NCBI RefSeq assembly: GCF_000010065.1
Contig: NC_006576.1
Coordinates: 720,001-752,000 of the forward strand
Direction: 5' to 3'
DNA from: Synechococcus elongatus PCC 6301
Lineage (GTDB): Bacteria > Cyanobacteriota > Cyanobacteriia > Synechococcales > Synechococcaceae
DNA: 32,000 nt
Part shown: positions 11,769 through 20,189 of the stretch, one piece after another
Numbering within the stretch: the stretch's first letter is position 1
How the letters are laid out: every line of letters starts with the position of its first letter
The notes under the pieces: generated by a model
What the model saw: the letters and a program-made list of their open reading frames with translations, nothing else
Database searches by the model: none
What the model was told of the DNA's origin: nothing
Program-made: the position numbers and the translations under genes

Positions 11769-12425
11769 ATGGCAACTGACTCCCTGTCTGTGCGCGAGTT
11801 ACCTCTATTTCCTTTGCCGGAAGTTGTGTTATTCCCGGGGCGATTGTTGCCGCTACATATCTTTGAATATCGCTATCGCATTCTGATCCAAACCATTTTG
11901 GAGAGCGATCGCCGCTTTGGCGTGTTGCTTTGGGATCCGGCCAAGGATGAAGCTGCAACGATTGGTTGTTGTGCAGAGTTAATCCGCCATCAGCGGTTGC
12001 CGGACGATCGCATGAATGTTTGGACGTTGGGTCAACAGCGGTTTCGCGTATTGGACTACGTGCGCGAAAAGCCCTTTCGGGTAGGCCTTGTCGAGTGGAT
12101 TGAAGATGAACCCACCGATGAAGATCTCAAACCCTTAGCGACTGAGGTCAACACCGTCCTGCAGGATGTCGTGCAGTTGTCGGGCAAACTATCCGGCCAA
12201 GAAATTGAATTGCCGGACGATCTGCCGGACCTGCCACGGGAGTTGTCCTACTGGGTCGCAGGCCATCTCTACGGCGTCTATGAAGAGCAGCAAAGTCTGC
12301 TCGAAATGCTGAACACCCGCGATCGCCTCGATCGCGAACTAGAAATTTTGGGGTCGACCCGCAGTCACTTGGCTGCCCGTACCGTCCTCAAAGATACGCT
12401 CAACAGTTTTCAAAACCCGAGCTAG
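11769..12425 (+). CDS. Lon protease N-terminal (substrate-binding) domain protein
   Basis: LPLFPLPEVVLFPGRLLPLHIFEYRYR...RFGVLL... is the hallmark opening of the LON N-terminal domain. At 218 aa it has no AAA or protease part. Confidence 0.8.
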   Translation: MATDSLSVRELPLFPLPEVVLFPGRLLPLHIFEYRYRILIQTILESDRRFGVLLWDPAKDEAATIGCCAELIRHQRLPDDRMNVWTLGQQRFRVLDYVREKPFRVGLVEWIEDEPTDEDLKPLATEVNTVLQDVVQLSGKLSGQEIELPDDLPDLPRELSYWVAGHLYGVYEEQQSLLEMLNTRDRLDRELEILGSTRSHLAARTVLKDTLNSFQNPS

Positions 12426-12437
12426 TGCTAACTGCAG

Positions 12438-13334
12438 CTAGCGAGCCTGTGCAGGTACTAAAACAGACTGGGTAAAGTCGAGGCTGTCATAACTGCCAAG
12501 CACCCGCAGTTGTTCTGTACAGTCAGCTACGGCTTGAACGGCTGCTGCGATCGCAGGATCCCGCAGATCGGCCTTTAAGTCCAAGAAAAAGAGATATTCA
12601 CCCAGCGATCGCTTGGTTGGTCGCGACTCAATCCGGCTGAGGTTAATCCGGCGATCGGCCAAAGTCTGCAGGGGTTTGACCAGCGCACCCGGCACATTGG
12701 CGTCCAGGCTGAAGTTCAGGGACGTACAAGCCCCGCCCGGCGTAGGGCTGCGGCTAATCACCCAAAAGCGGGTGCGATTATCGGGGGAATCATTGATGGG
12801 AAAGGACTGAATTGGCATCTGATAGAGTTCTGCAGCGCGGGTCGAAGCAATGACCGCCCGCTGGGGATGGCGTTCGAGATCCTGCAGGGCCTCGGTGGTG
12901 GAATTGGCGGGGATCAATTCCGCTTGGGGCAGATGCCGCTGCAACCACTGCTGGCATTGCGCGAGGGCCTGGGGATGGGAGAGCACCTGACGGATCGCCG
13001 TGCGATCGCTCTCAAAACTAATCAGGGCATGGGCAATCGGTAGAATGAGTGCCCGCTGAATCGACAGTTGGGGCAACTGCCAAAGACTATCTAGGGTGGC
13101 GGCAACGCTGCCCTCTACCGAGTTTTCGACGGGCACAACGGCATAGTCAACAGCACCATCAGCCAAGGTCTGTAAGGTGGCTGGAATGCTCCGACAAGCA
13201 AGCAGACGGCTGGGCTGTTGATCCTGCTGGGTCAACCAAGCTTGAAAGCGCAGGGCAGCCATTTCGGCATAGGTACCCACGGGACCCAAATGGGCGATCG
13301 CCCGCTCGGACATAGCCTTTCCTTGTCGATCCAT
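12438..13334 (-). CDS. pheA: prephenate dehydratase
   Basis: IAHLGPVGTYAEMAA..., ...TRFWVI..., and a C-terminal ACT-like segment (SLNFSLDANVPGALVKPLQTLADRRINLSRIESRP). The start may instead be the internal ATG at 13311-13313 (MSERAIAHLG). Confidence 0.9.
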   Translation of the reverse strand: MDRQGKAMSERAIAHLGPVGTYAEMAALRFQAWLTQQDQQPSRLLACRSIPATLQTLADGAVDYAVVPVENSVEGSVAATLDSLWQLPQLSIQRALILPIAHALISFESDRTAIRQVLSHPQALAQCQQWLQRHLPQAELIPANSTTEALQDLERHPQRAVIASTRAAELYQMPIQSFPINDSPDNRTRFWVISRSPTPGGACTSLNFSLDANVPGALVKPLQTLADRRINLSRIESRPTKRSLGEYLFFLDLKADLRDPAIAAAVQAVADCTEQLRVLGSYDSLDFTQSVLVPAQAR

Positions 13335-13392
13335 TCGCTAGCCTTGGGCACAAACACCGTAAAATCGTCGGAAATGCTGCCCATTTCCGCGC

Positions 13393-13950
13393 ATGCTCAG
13401 TCAATTTGCCGCGAGCCAAACGGTTGACTTGGCAATCAACCAACCGACAGCTCGTGGTCTACAGGATTATCTCAGACAGTCACAGCGAATCGTTTACACG
13501 CTCTTCAACCGCGACCAGTTGCAAGTTCTGGGCGATGACGTCTATCGGTTTGAAATGCGGCCGCTGCAGTTTTTCTCGTTGCAATTACGCCCCATCGTCG
13601 ATCTTGCTGTTTGGACCGATGAGGCTGGGATTTTGCAAATTCAGTCGCGAGATTGTCAATTGCGGGGCTTAGATTTATTGGCTGCTCGGTTTCAGTTGGA
13701 TTTAGAGGGCGAGTTGCTGGCAGAATCAAGTCATCACCTGACTGGGGAAGCCCGCTTGAAAGTGGAGGTGCAAATGCCGCCCCTGTTGCGCCTGACGCCA
13801 CGCCCCATGCTGGAAGCTGCCGGTAATGCCCTCCTCAAGGGTGTCTTGCTGACGATTCGCCAGCAGATTCAGCGACGGCTGGTTGAAGATTACTTGCTCT
13901 GGAGTCAAGAGTCTTTCTGTTCTTCGGCGCTGCCACCCCAGTCCAATTGA
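13393..13950 (+). CDS. conserved hypothetical protein (possibly DUF1997 family; recalled, not verified)
   Basis: 185-aa ORF of host-like composition, divergent from pheA. The family assignment is a weak recollection. Confidence 0.5.
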   Translation: MLSQFAASQTVDLAINQPTARGLQDYLRQSQRIVYTLFNRDQLQVLGDDVYRFEMRPLQFFSLQLRPIVDLAVWTDEAGILQIQSRDCQLRGLDLLAARFQLDLEGELLAESSHHLTGEARLKVEVQMPPLLRLTPRPMLEAAGNALLKGVLLTIRQQIQRRLVEDYLLWSQESFCSSALPPQSN

Positions 13951-13972
13951 GCTCATCTTGTGCAAGCAGCGA

Positions 13973-14620
13973 TCAGAATAGGTCAATCTGTTGCGATGGT
14001 TGGCGGAGCGATCGCAGAAAGCGGATCCGATGCAGAGGTGTCGGCCCTAGTTGCAGAATCGCTTGACGATGTTGAGCCGTCCCGTAGCCCTTGTGCCGCC
14101 CAAGAGCATAACCGGGATAGCGTTCATCGAGCCGTTCGATCAGACGATCGCGCCAGACTTTAGCAAGAATGCTGGCGGCCGCGATCGTGATGCAGTGCCG
14201 ATCGCCTTGGATGACTGTCGTTTGCGGATAGGTCAGCTGAGGCACTTGCTGATTGCCGTCGATTAGGCAGCGACTGATCGGGCGATCGAGTTTGGCAATC
14301 GCTCGTCGCATGGCCAAAAAGGTCGCCTGCAGGATATTCCAACGCTCAATTTCTGCGACACTCGCTAATCCCCAACCTGTGGCAAGGGCCACCTCGCAGA
14401 TCAGGGGGTAGAGTTGCTGCCGCTGGCGTTGACTGAGTCGCTTACTATCGGTGACGCCGGCTTGCTGGAGTGGCGCGATCGCTGTTTCCGGCAAGATGAC
14501 GGCGGCGGTGACCACGGGACCGAATAGACAGCCCCGCCCGACTTCATCCACCCCAGCAACCGTTTGCCAGCGATCGCCGGGGCCGAAAAAGTCACTATCC
14601 AGCCTAGTCTTGGGACTCAC
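13973..14620 (-). CDS. rnhB: ribonuclease HII
   Basis: VAGVDEVGRGCLFGPVVTAAV... plus ...DSKRLS...ASILAKVWRD...GYG. The predicted GTG start overlaps the rne 3' end by 17 nt. Confidence 0.92.
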   Translation of the reverse strand: MSPKTRLDSDFFGPGDRWQTVAGVDEVGRGCLFGPVVTAAVILPETAIAPLQQAGVTDSKRLSQRQRQQLYPLICEVALATGWGLASVAEIERWNILQATFLAMRRAIAKLDRPISRCLIDGNQQVPQLTYPQTTVIQGDRHCITIAAASILAKVWRDRLIERLDERYPGYALGRHKGYGTAQHRQAILQLGPTPLHRIRFLRSLRQPSQQIDLF

Positions 14621-16868
14621 GTTGCGCTGAAGAACGCCGCCGCCGCCGCCCTGGGGCAGGGACTTCGCTAGCTGGAGCAGTGACTTCCGATGCTTCGCTA
14701 GCCACTGCCACTGGAGCGGGTGTTGGTTCCACGGGTGTTGGCTCCGCTGGAGTTGGCTCCGCTGGAGTCGGCTCCGCTGGAGTCGGCTCCGCTGGAGTCG
14801 GCTCTGATGCAGCGATCACTTCTGCTGTAACAGCGCTCGTTGCTCCTTCGGTTGTGATGCTGCTGGGCTGCTCAGCAGGTGTTTCAGCTGTACTGCTGGA
14901 ATCTGAACGGGATTCAGAGCTTTCAGCGCTGGCCGTCTCGCGATTCTCACGAGCGAGGGTTGGGCGACCACTGTCCCCACCGCCCCGCCGATGGCGCGAT
15001 CGCTGGTCGTAGAGTGCCTTGGCCGCCGCGATCGCAGGTTCCTTCTCACTCTCTTGGGCGTAGACCCCGACCAAAACGGGTTGGCTTGGCTCTGGCAGGG
15101 ATTCTGCCCGAATCAAGGGGGAAGCCCCCATCCAAGCGTAGAGTTCCTGCTCTTCGAGCGTCAGTTCAACGGCCACAATCACTGGTGGCTCAGGCGGTTG
15201 ACGGCGCGGCCGACGACTCATACCAGTCGATTCACTGTCGCGATCGCGCTCTGGAGCTGAATCCCGAGTGGTGGCCGCCAGCGCTTCGGCCAACCCAGGC
15301 GACGCACTGATCTCAGGATTAATGCTGGTATTGGGTAGGCTAGGGCCAGCATTCCGACCACCGCCGCGACGCCGACCCCGTCGTTGGGGCGATCGCTCTA
15401 GTAAACCTAGTCCGCTGTAGCTATCACCATTGTTTTCCAGCTCGCTAGCAGGGGTGGTTTCATTGAGGAGCGGTGGGACACCCGTCGCGCGGGCTAGGGC
15501 ACTGCGGGCGGGCGAGAGATAGCTGTCGTTGCTGGGAGCCAGATTAGTGCTGGCACTGACCGGAGTCGTTGTTGCAACTGGAGTCGTAATTGGTGGGCGA
15601 TCGGAGGTGCGGACAATCGGTTGTGCACCCACTTCACCTGGTAGATGGGCAACATGACCTAACCCGCCGCAGGTAGTACAAGGTGTGCTGAACAGTTCGT
15701 AAATATTCTGGCCTTGGCGCTTGCGCGTCAATTCCACCAAGCCCAGTTCCGACAGCTGAGAAATCTGGGGACGCGACTTGTCATGGCGCAGGGCTCGCGT
15801 GAAATGCTCCAGTACTTGGAGCTGGTCACGGCGAGAATCCATATCGATGAAATCGACGATAATCACGCCAGCAATATTGCGGAGCCGCAACTGGCGAGCA
15901 ATTTCGGCTGCCGCCTCGCAGTTAGTCCAAAGCACTGTTTCCCGTGCCGTGGCCGATCGCGTAAACGAGCCCGAGTTGACATCGACCACCGTCAGCGCTT
16001 CGGTCTTCTCGATGATCACGTAGCCGCCGGAAGGCAGGTCGACCCGAGGCTTGAGAGCCTCACGAATGGCAGCGTTGACTCGGAAGTAATCAAGGATCGA
16101 ACTGCGATCGCGGTATTGCTCAATCAATAAGCCCGGTGCAATCTCGCCCGCCCCCCAGGCACTAAGGTGTTGTTTGACGCGCTTCAACCCGGTGTGGGAG
16201 TCCACCACAATCCGGTTGACGCCCTCGTCGTACATGTCGCGTAATACCCGTTGGATGAAGTCATCATCTCGGGTTAGCAAGGCGGGGGCTGGTGTGGAAT
16301 CGGCCAGTTGCAGAGTCTGTTCCCACTGGCGCTGCAGCGACTCCAAGTCTTCGATGATCAGCTCTTCAGCGATGCCATCCGCTTCGGTGCGTACCAGCAG
16401 CCCCATACCAGCGGGTTTGATCAGCACACTCAGCGCGCGCAGTCGGTTGCGTTCGCTTTCCGACATGATCCGCCGCGACAGGCTGACGCCACTGCTGTAG
16501 GGCATCAAAACCAGATACCGCCCGGGGAGGCTGATGTTGCCGGTCAGGCGGGGCCCCTTGGAACTAGTGGGCTCCTTCATCACCTGAACCAGCACTTTTT
16601 GCTGAGGAGCCAGTAGCTCAGTAATCGCACCAGCACTGCGCCGCAAGCGCAGAGGGCCTAAATCTGTGACGTGAATAAAACCATTCTTTTCGCTGTCACC
16701 GATATTGACAAACGCCGCATCGATCCCGGGCAGGACATTCTCAACAACGCCGAGATAAATGTCGCCAATCTGATGAGTGCCTTTGGCAACAATGAATTCT
16801 TCAATCTGGTCTTCGGCAAAAACGGCTGCGATGCGGTGCTGTTCAGCAATAACGATTTGTTTGGGCAT
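14604..16868 (-). CDS. rne: ribonuclease E (compact cyanobacterial RNase E/G catalytic N-terminus plus Arg- and Pro-rich non-catalytic C-terminus)
   Basis: I place the start at the internal ATG 16866-16868 (MPKQIVIAEQHRIAAVF...). The S1 and catalytic region includes GDIYLGVVENVLPGIDAAFVNIG, VVDVNSG and GVIIVDFIDM. The C-terminus has RRGRRRGGGR, HRRGGGD and a terminal GRRRRRSSA. The track ORF extends 55 codons upstream to 17033. Confidence 0.9.
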   Translation of the reverse strand: MPKQIVIAEQHRIAAVFAEDQIEEFIVAKGTHQIGDIYLGVVENVLPGIDAAFVNIGDSEKNGFIHVTDLGPLRLRRSAGAITELLAPQQKVLVQVMKEPTSSKGPRLTGNISLPGRYLVLMPYSSGVSLSRRIMSESERNRLRALSVLIKPAGMGLLVRTEADGIAEELIIEDLESLQRQWEQTLQLADSTPAPALLTRDDDFIQRVLRDMYDEGVNRIVVDSHTGLKRVKQHLSAWGAGEIAPGLLIEQYRDRSSILDYFRVNAAIREALKPRVDLPSGGYVIIEKTEALTVVDVNSGSFTRSATARETVLWTNCEAAAEIARQLRLRNIAGVIIVDFIDMDSRRDQLQVLEHFTRALRHDKSRPQISQLSELGLVELTRKRQGQNIYELFSTPCTTCGGLGHVAHLPGEVGAQPIVRTSDRPPITTPVATTTPVSASTNLAPSNDSYLSPARSALARATGVPPLLNETTPASELENNGDSYSGLGLLERSPQRRGRRRGGGRNAGPSLPNTSINPEISASPGLAEALAATTRDSAPERDRDSESTGMSRRPRRQPPEPPVIVAVELTLEEQELYAWMGASPLIRAESLPEPSQPVLVGVYAQESEKEPAIAAAKALYDQRSRHRRGGGDSGRPTLARENRETASAESSESRSDSSSTAETPAEQPSSITTEGATSAVTAEVIAASEPTPAEPTPAEPTPAEPTPAEPTPVEPTPAPVAVASEASEVTAPASEVPAPGRRRRRSSAQRESQD
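14711..14805 (-). repeat. in-frame 15-nt tandem repeat inside rne encoding (EPTPA)n
   Basis: Plus strand shows ggctccgctggagtt (14740-14754) followed by three copies of ggctccgctggagtc (14755-14799), with degenerate units on both sides. The protein reads EPTPAEPTPAEPTPAEPTPAEPTPVEPTPA. Confidence 0.9.
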
Positions 16869-17379
16869 GCCTGAGGCTCTAGTTGTCTGGCAGTGCGAGC
16901 AGAGACGAAAGACCGACAGGAGCTGCGATGAGCAACGCAACACCCGTCTGCTGGCGCAGTCTCGAAGATCAGGCCAAAGCCCACGATCGCTCGATTGTCT
17001 GTTGGCGCTCGACACCGACAGACGCTGCATCAAAACTGGATGTTGCCCTCGCAGGACATCCCTACCGTGAGGCCGGGGAACTGAAGTCTAGTGAAAGCGA
17101 CGCTATTGAAGCGCGATCGCCATCTGTAGAGGCCTGATCGCGTCGATGGGCGTTGGGCTAGAAGACGTTGAGAAAATCCGGCAGTTAGAAAAGCCTAGGA
17201 GAAGCCCAGAAAGGTTTCCGAGCAAAACTGCACTAATCTGGCAGTAGCCACTCAGGCTTGGAACTGAGGGACTTCTCAATTACAGTCCCTGTCTTCGGCA
17301 GTCGGGCTAGGTGAAATCTTTTCACTCAGCTTAAGTGCCACATTATCACACTCGCACGACCCGTACCCTCGCAGCGGCC

Positions 17380-20019
17380 TCAGTCGAGATGCAGCGATCG
17401 CCGGTGGGCATGGCGCAACTGGAAGTTCTGACCGCTGACTTGTTGCAACAGCGTGATCACCTGCTCGGGGCGCAGCAGCGTGCCGTCATTGCGACAGGAA
17501 CCGACGTAGCGCAGCCAGAAGTCAGAGTCGCTAGCGGCGGCTTGCAAACGCTGGGGCAGGGGGCTAGGGGCTGTACTGCTCAGGGTATGGAGCCGTTCGC
17601 GCAGATTGACTTCCACCTTTTTGCCAGACTTGGTGGTCTGCTCTACTAGCACCGTCTCGGTTGTCAAAACAGACTGAATTAGTGCCTGAACCTCGGTCGA
17701 TTCTTCCGGCTCGATCCAAAGGTCATATTCCGCGCGACTGAGTAGGGCAGTTACTGCTGGACTCTTCAGCACGACCTCGGCCGTTTCATAGATCGGCAAT
17801 TCTGGATCAAGTTGAGCCGCCAGTCGTTGCTGGAACTCCGCGGGCTCGATCGCCTGAAACAGCTCAAAGTCCATCAATTCGGCTTCGCTGCTCATTCCCA
17901 AGGGCAAAGCATTGGCTGGTACGATGCGCGGGCTGGGATGGAAGCCACCGCTAAACGCCACCGGCAACTTGGCTCGCCGCACCGCGCGATCGAAGACTCG
18001 CAGCAGATCTAAGTGGCTGAGCAAGGTCATTTGGCCGAGCTTGCCAAAGCGAATCCGCAGGCGCTGGACTTTTTCGGTCGGCGGTTGGAAGTGCCCTTGG
18101 AAGTTGGGAATCGCCGGTGGTGGCACCACGACGTTATGGCCAAAATCGACGCCACAGACGCCGCAATGACTACAGCCATCAAATGAGCAATCAGGCACTA
18201 CGGCTGCTTCAAGGGCTTTCTGCAGATCCTCTTGCAGCCAGCGTTTATCGATGCCAGTGTCGAGGTGATCCCAGGGCAAGGGCGCATCTAAGGCGCGATC
18301 GCGACTGGCTTCGCCTTCGAACAGATTCCATTCGCCAGTTTCGACTTGGCGATATTTCCAGTCCAATCCGGCTTCCGCGATCGCCTGAGTCCAAGCGCCA
18401 TAGGCTTTATCGAGGCTTTCCCACCAAGCATCCATGCCCGCGCCCAGTTCCCAAGCGCGGCGAACCACGGCAGACAAACGGCGATCGCCCCGTCCCACGA
18501 AGTCCTCCATCGCCGAGATGCGCACGTCGGTGAAGTTGACCTTGAGGTTGGGGATCTGCTTAAACTCCGCCGCCAGCAATTCCTGCTTGCGCTTAAACTC
18601 CGTCGTTGAAACCGAATGCCACTGAAACGGTGTGTGCGGTTTCGGCGTGAAGTTAGAAATCGTCAGGTTAAAGCCCAGCTTTTTCTTTCGGCCTCGGCAT
18701 TCCTGCTGCAGCCAGCGCACGGTTTCGGCAATGCCCAATACATCCGCATCGGTTTCGCCGGGCAAGCCGATCATGAAGTAGAGCTTGACCCGATCCCAGC
18801 CCTGTTCGTAGGCGGTTTTGACGCCGCGCAGCAGCTCCTCGTTGGTCAGCCCTTTATTGATGATGTCGCGCAGTCGTTGGGTGCCCGCCTCCGGTGCAAA
18901 GGTCAGGCCGCCTTTGCGGGTGCCGCCGATGATGTTGGCGATGTTGTCATCAAAGCGATCGACCCGCTGACTGGGCAGCGACAGCGTGATGTTTTCGTCC
19001 TGTAGGCGGTTTTTGATTTCAATGCCGACGGCGGGTAGCGCCAGATAGTCGCTGCAGCTAAGGGAGAGTAGCGAGAACTCGTTGTAGCCGGTGGCGCGAA
19101 TCCCCGTCTCGATCGCTTCCACCACTTGCTCTGGCTCCACATCCCGCGCCGGACGGGTTAGCATCCCCGGCTGGCAGAAGCGGCACCCGCGAGTGCAGCC
19201 GCGCCGAATTTCAATCGTCAGGCGATCGTGGACGGTTTCCACGTGGGGCACGAGGCCGATCGAGTAGGCGGGAATTGGGGTCGCCACCCGCCGCAACACT
19301 TTTGCGGGCACATCCGCACGATTGGGATGGACTGAGCCATCTTCGGCCATGTCATAAAAGCGCGGCACATAAACGCCCGGCACCTGCGCCAGATCGAGCA
19401 GCAACTCTGTGCGACTCAGCTGCGATCGCTTGCCTTCCTCAACAATCAGCCCCACCTCGGGCAGCAATTCCTCGCCATCGCCCAAGACGATGAAATCGAA
19501 GAACTCCGCGTAGGGTTCCGGATTCGAAGTGGCGGTCTGACCACCGGCAAAAATTAGCGGCCAGCCGTCCAGATCACCCAAGGTGCGATCGCCGCGTTCC
19601 GCCCAAGTCAGTGGTGCGCCAATTAGCGCCAGCATTTCCAGAATGTTGGTTGCCCCCAGCTCGTAGCTGAGACTGAAGCCAAGGATGTCGAACTCCAGCA
19701 GCGATCGCTTCGATTCGACGGCAAACAAGGGGGTTTGGGTTTGGCGCAGCTTCTCGGCTAAGTCCGCCGCCGGCAGATAGGCGCGATCGCAAAGTTGACG
19801 CGGCTGGGCGTTGAGGATGCTGTAAAGGATGATGTGGCCGAGGTTGGACGCCCCCACTTCGTAGATTTCGGGGTAGGTCAGCGACCAGCGAACGCTTGCC
19901 TGTTCCCAGGGCTTGTGAACCGCTCCCAGCTCATTGCCGAGGTAACGGGCGGGCTTGAGGATTTCAGGCGAGAGCAGCGTTTCGACAGCAACAGACACAG
20001 CGGCGCGACAGCGCAACAA
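17380..20019 (-). CDS. fused radical SAM protein (recalled TIGR03960-type radical SAM N-terminal part plus TIGR03936/DUF2344-type C-terminal part)
   Basis: 879-aa ORF with ILKPARYLGNELGAVHKPW near the start and a CxxxCxxC cluster in RRGCTRGCRFCQPG. The C-terminal ~230 aa (RLRIRFGKLGQMTLLSHLDLLRVFDRAVRRAKLPVAFSGGFHPSPR) resembles DUF2344. The predicted start is TTG at 20019; GTG at 19996-19998 is an alternative. Confidence 0.85.
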   Translation of the reverse strand: MLRCRAAVSVAVETLLSPEILKPARYLGNELGAVHKPWEQASVRWSLTYPEIYEVGASNLGHIILYSILNAQPRQLCDRAYLPAADLAEKLRQTQTPLFAVESKRSLLEFDILGFSLSYELGATNILEMLALIGAPLTWAERGDRTLGDLDGWPLIFAGGQTATSNPEPYAEFFDFIVLGDGEELLPEVGLIVEEGKRSQLSRTELLLDLAQVPGVYVPRFYDMAEDGSVHPNRADVPAKVLRRVATPIPAYSIGLVPHVETVHDRLTIEIRRGCTRGCRFCQPGMLTRPARDVEPEQVVEAIETGIRATGYNEFSLLSLSCSDYLALPAVGIEIKNRLQDENITLSLPSQRVDRFDDNIANIIGGTRKGGLTFAPEAGTQRLRDIINKGLTNEELLRGVKTAYEQGWDRVKLYFMIGLPGETDADVLGIAETVRWLQQECRGRKKKLGFNLTISNFTPKPHTPFQWHSVSTTEFKRKQELLAAEFKQIPNLKVNFTDVRISAMEDFVGRGDRRLSAVVRRAWELGAGMDAWWESLDKAYGAWTQAIAEAGLDWKYRQVETGEWNLFEGEASRDRALDAPLPWDHLDTGIDKRWLQEDLQKALEAAVVPDCSFDGCSHCGVCGVDFGHNVVVPPPAIPNFQGHFQPPTEKVQRLRIRFGKLGQMTLLSHLDLLRVFDRAVRRAKLPVAFSGGFHPSPRIVPANALPLGMSSEAELMDFELFQAIEPAEFQQRLAAQLDPELPIYETAEVVLKSPAVTALLSRAEYDLWIEPEESTEVQALIQSVLTTETVLVEQTTKSGKKVEVNLRERLHTLSSTAPSPLPQRLQAAASDSDFWLRYVGSCRNDGTLLRPEQVITLLQQVSGQNFQLRHAHRRSLHLD

Positions 20020-20189
20020 CCGTTCAATTGTGGCATTTCACCTGCTTGGGCTTGGCTGAAGTCGATCAGGTCGCTAAAGACCCGACGTGCGATCTCCACC
20101 ACAAAGGGTTGTCCTCCGCGATCGCTGCTCGTCTTGAGGGAGCAGTAATCACGGAGGACATGTTTTTGAGCCGTCTGTGAGGGGTGGGC

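Noticed and set aside
14711-14805. Possible CRISPR-like array because of regularly spaced repeats
   Set aside because: The units are contiguous 15-mers without spacers, are in frame inside rne, and no cas genes are present. This is a coding microsatellite, not a CRISPR.
14680-15012. 110-aa plus-strand ORF with (GVGSA)n repeats
   Set aside because: It is the antisense reading of the rne (EPTPA)n tandem repeat and an artefact of the repeat.
16869-17033. 55-codon N-terminal extension of the rne ORF in the track
   Set aside because: The extension (MMQRLSVSSANRQSSDRGLWPDL...) is unlike any RNase E N-terminus. The internal MPKQIVIAEQHRIAAVF matches the conserved family start.
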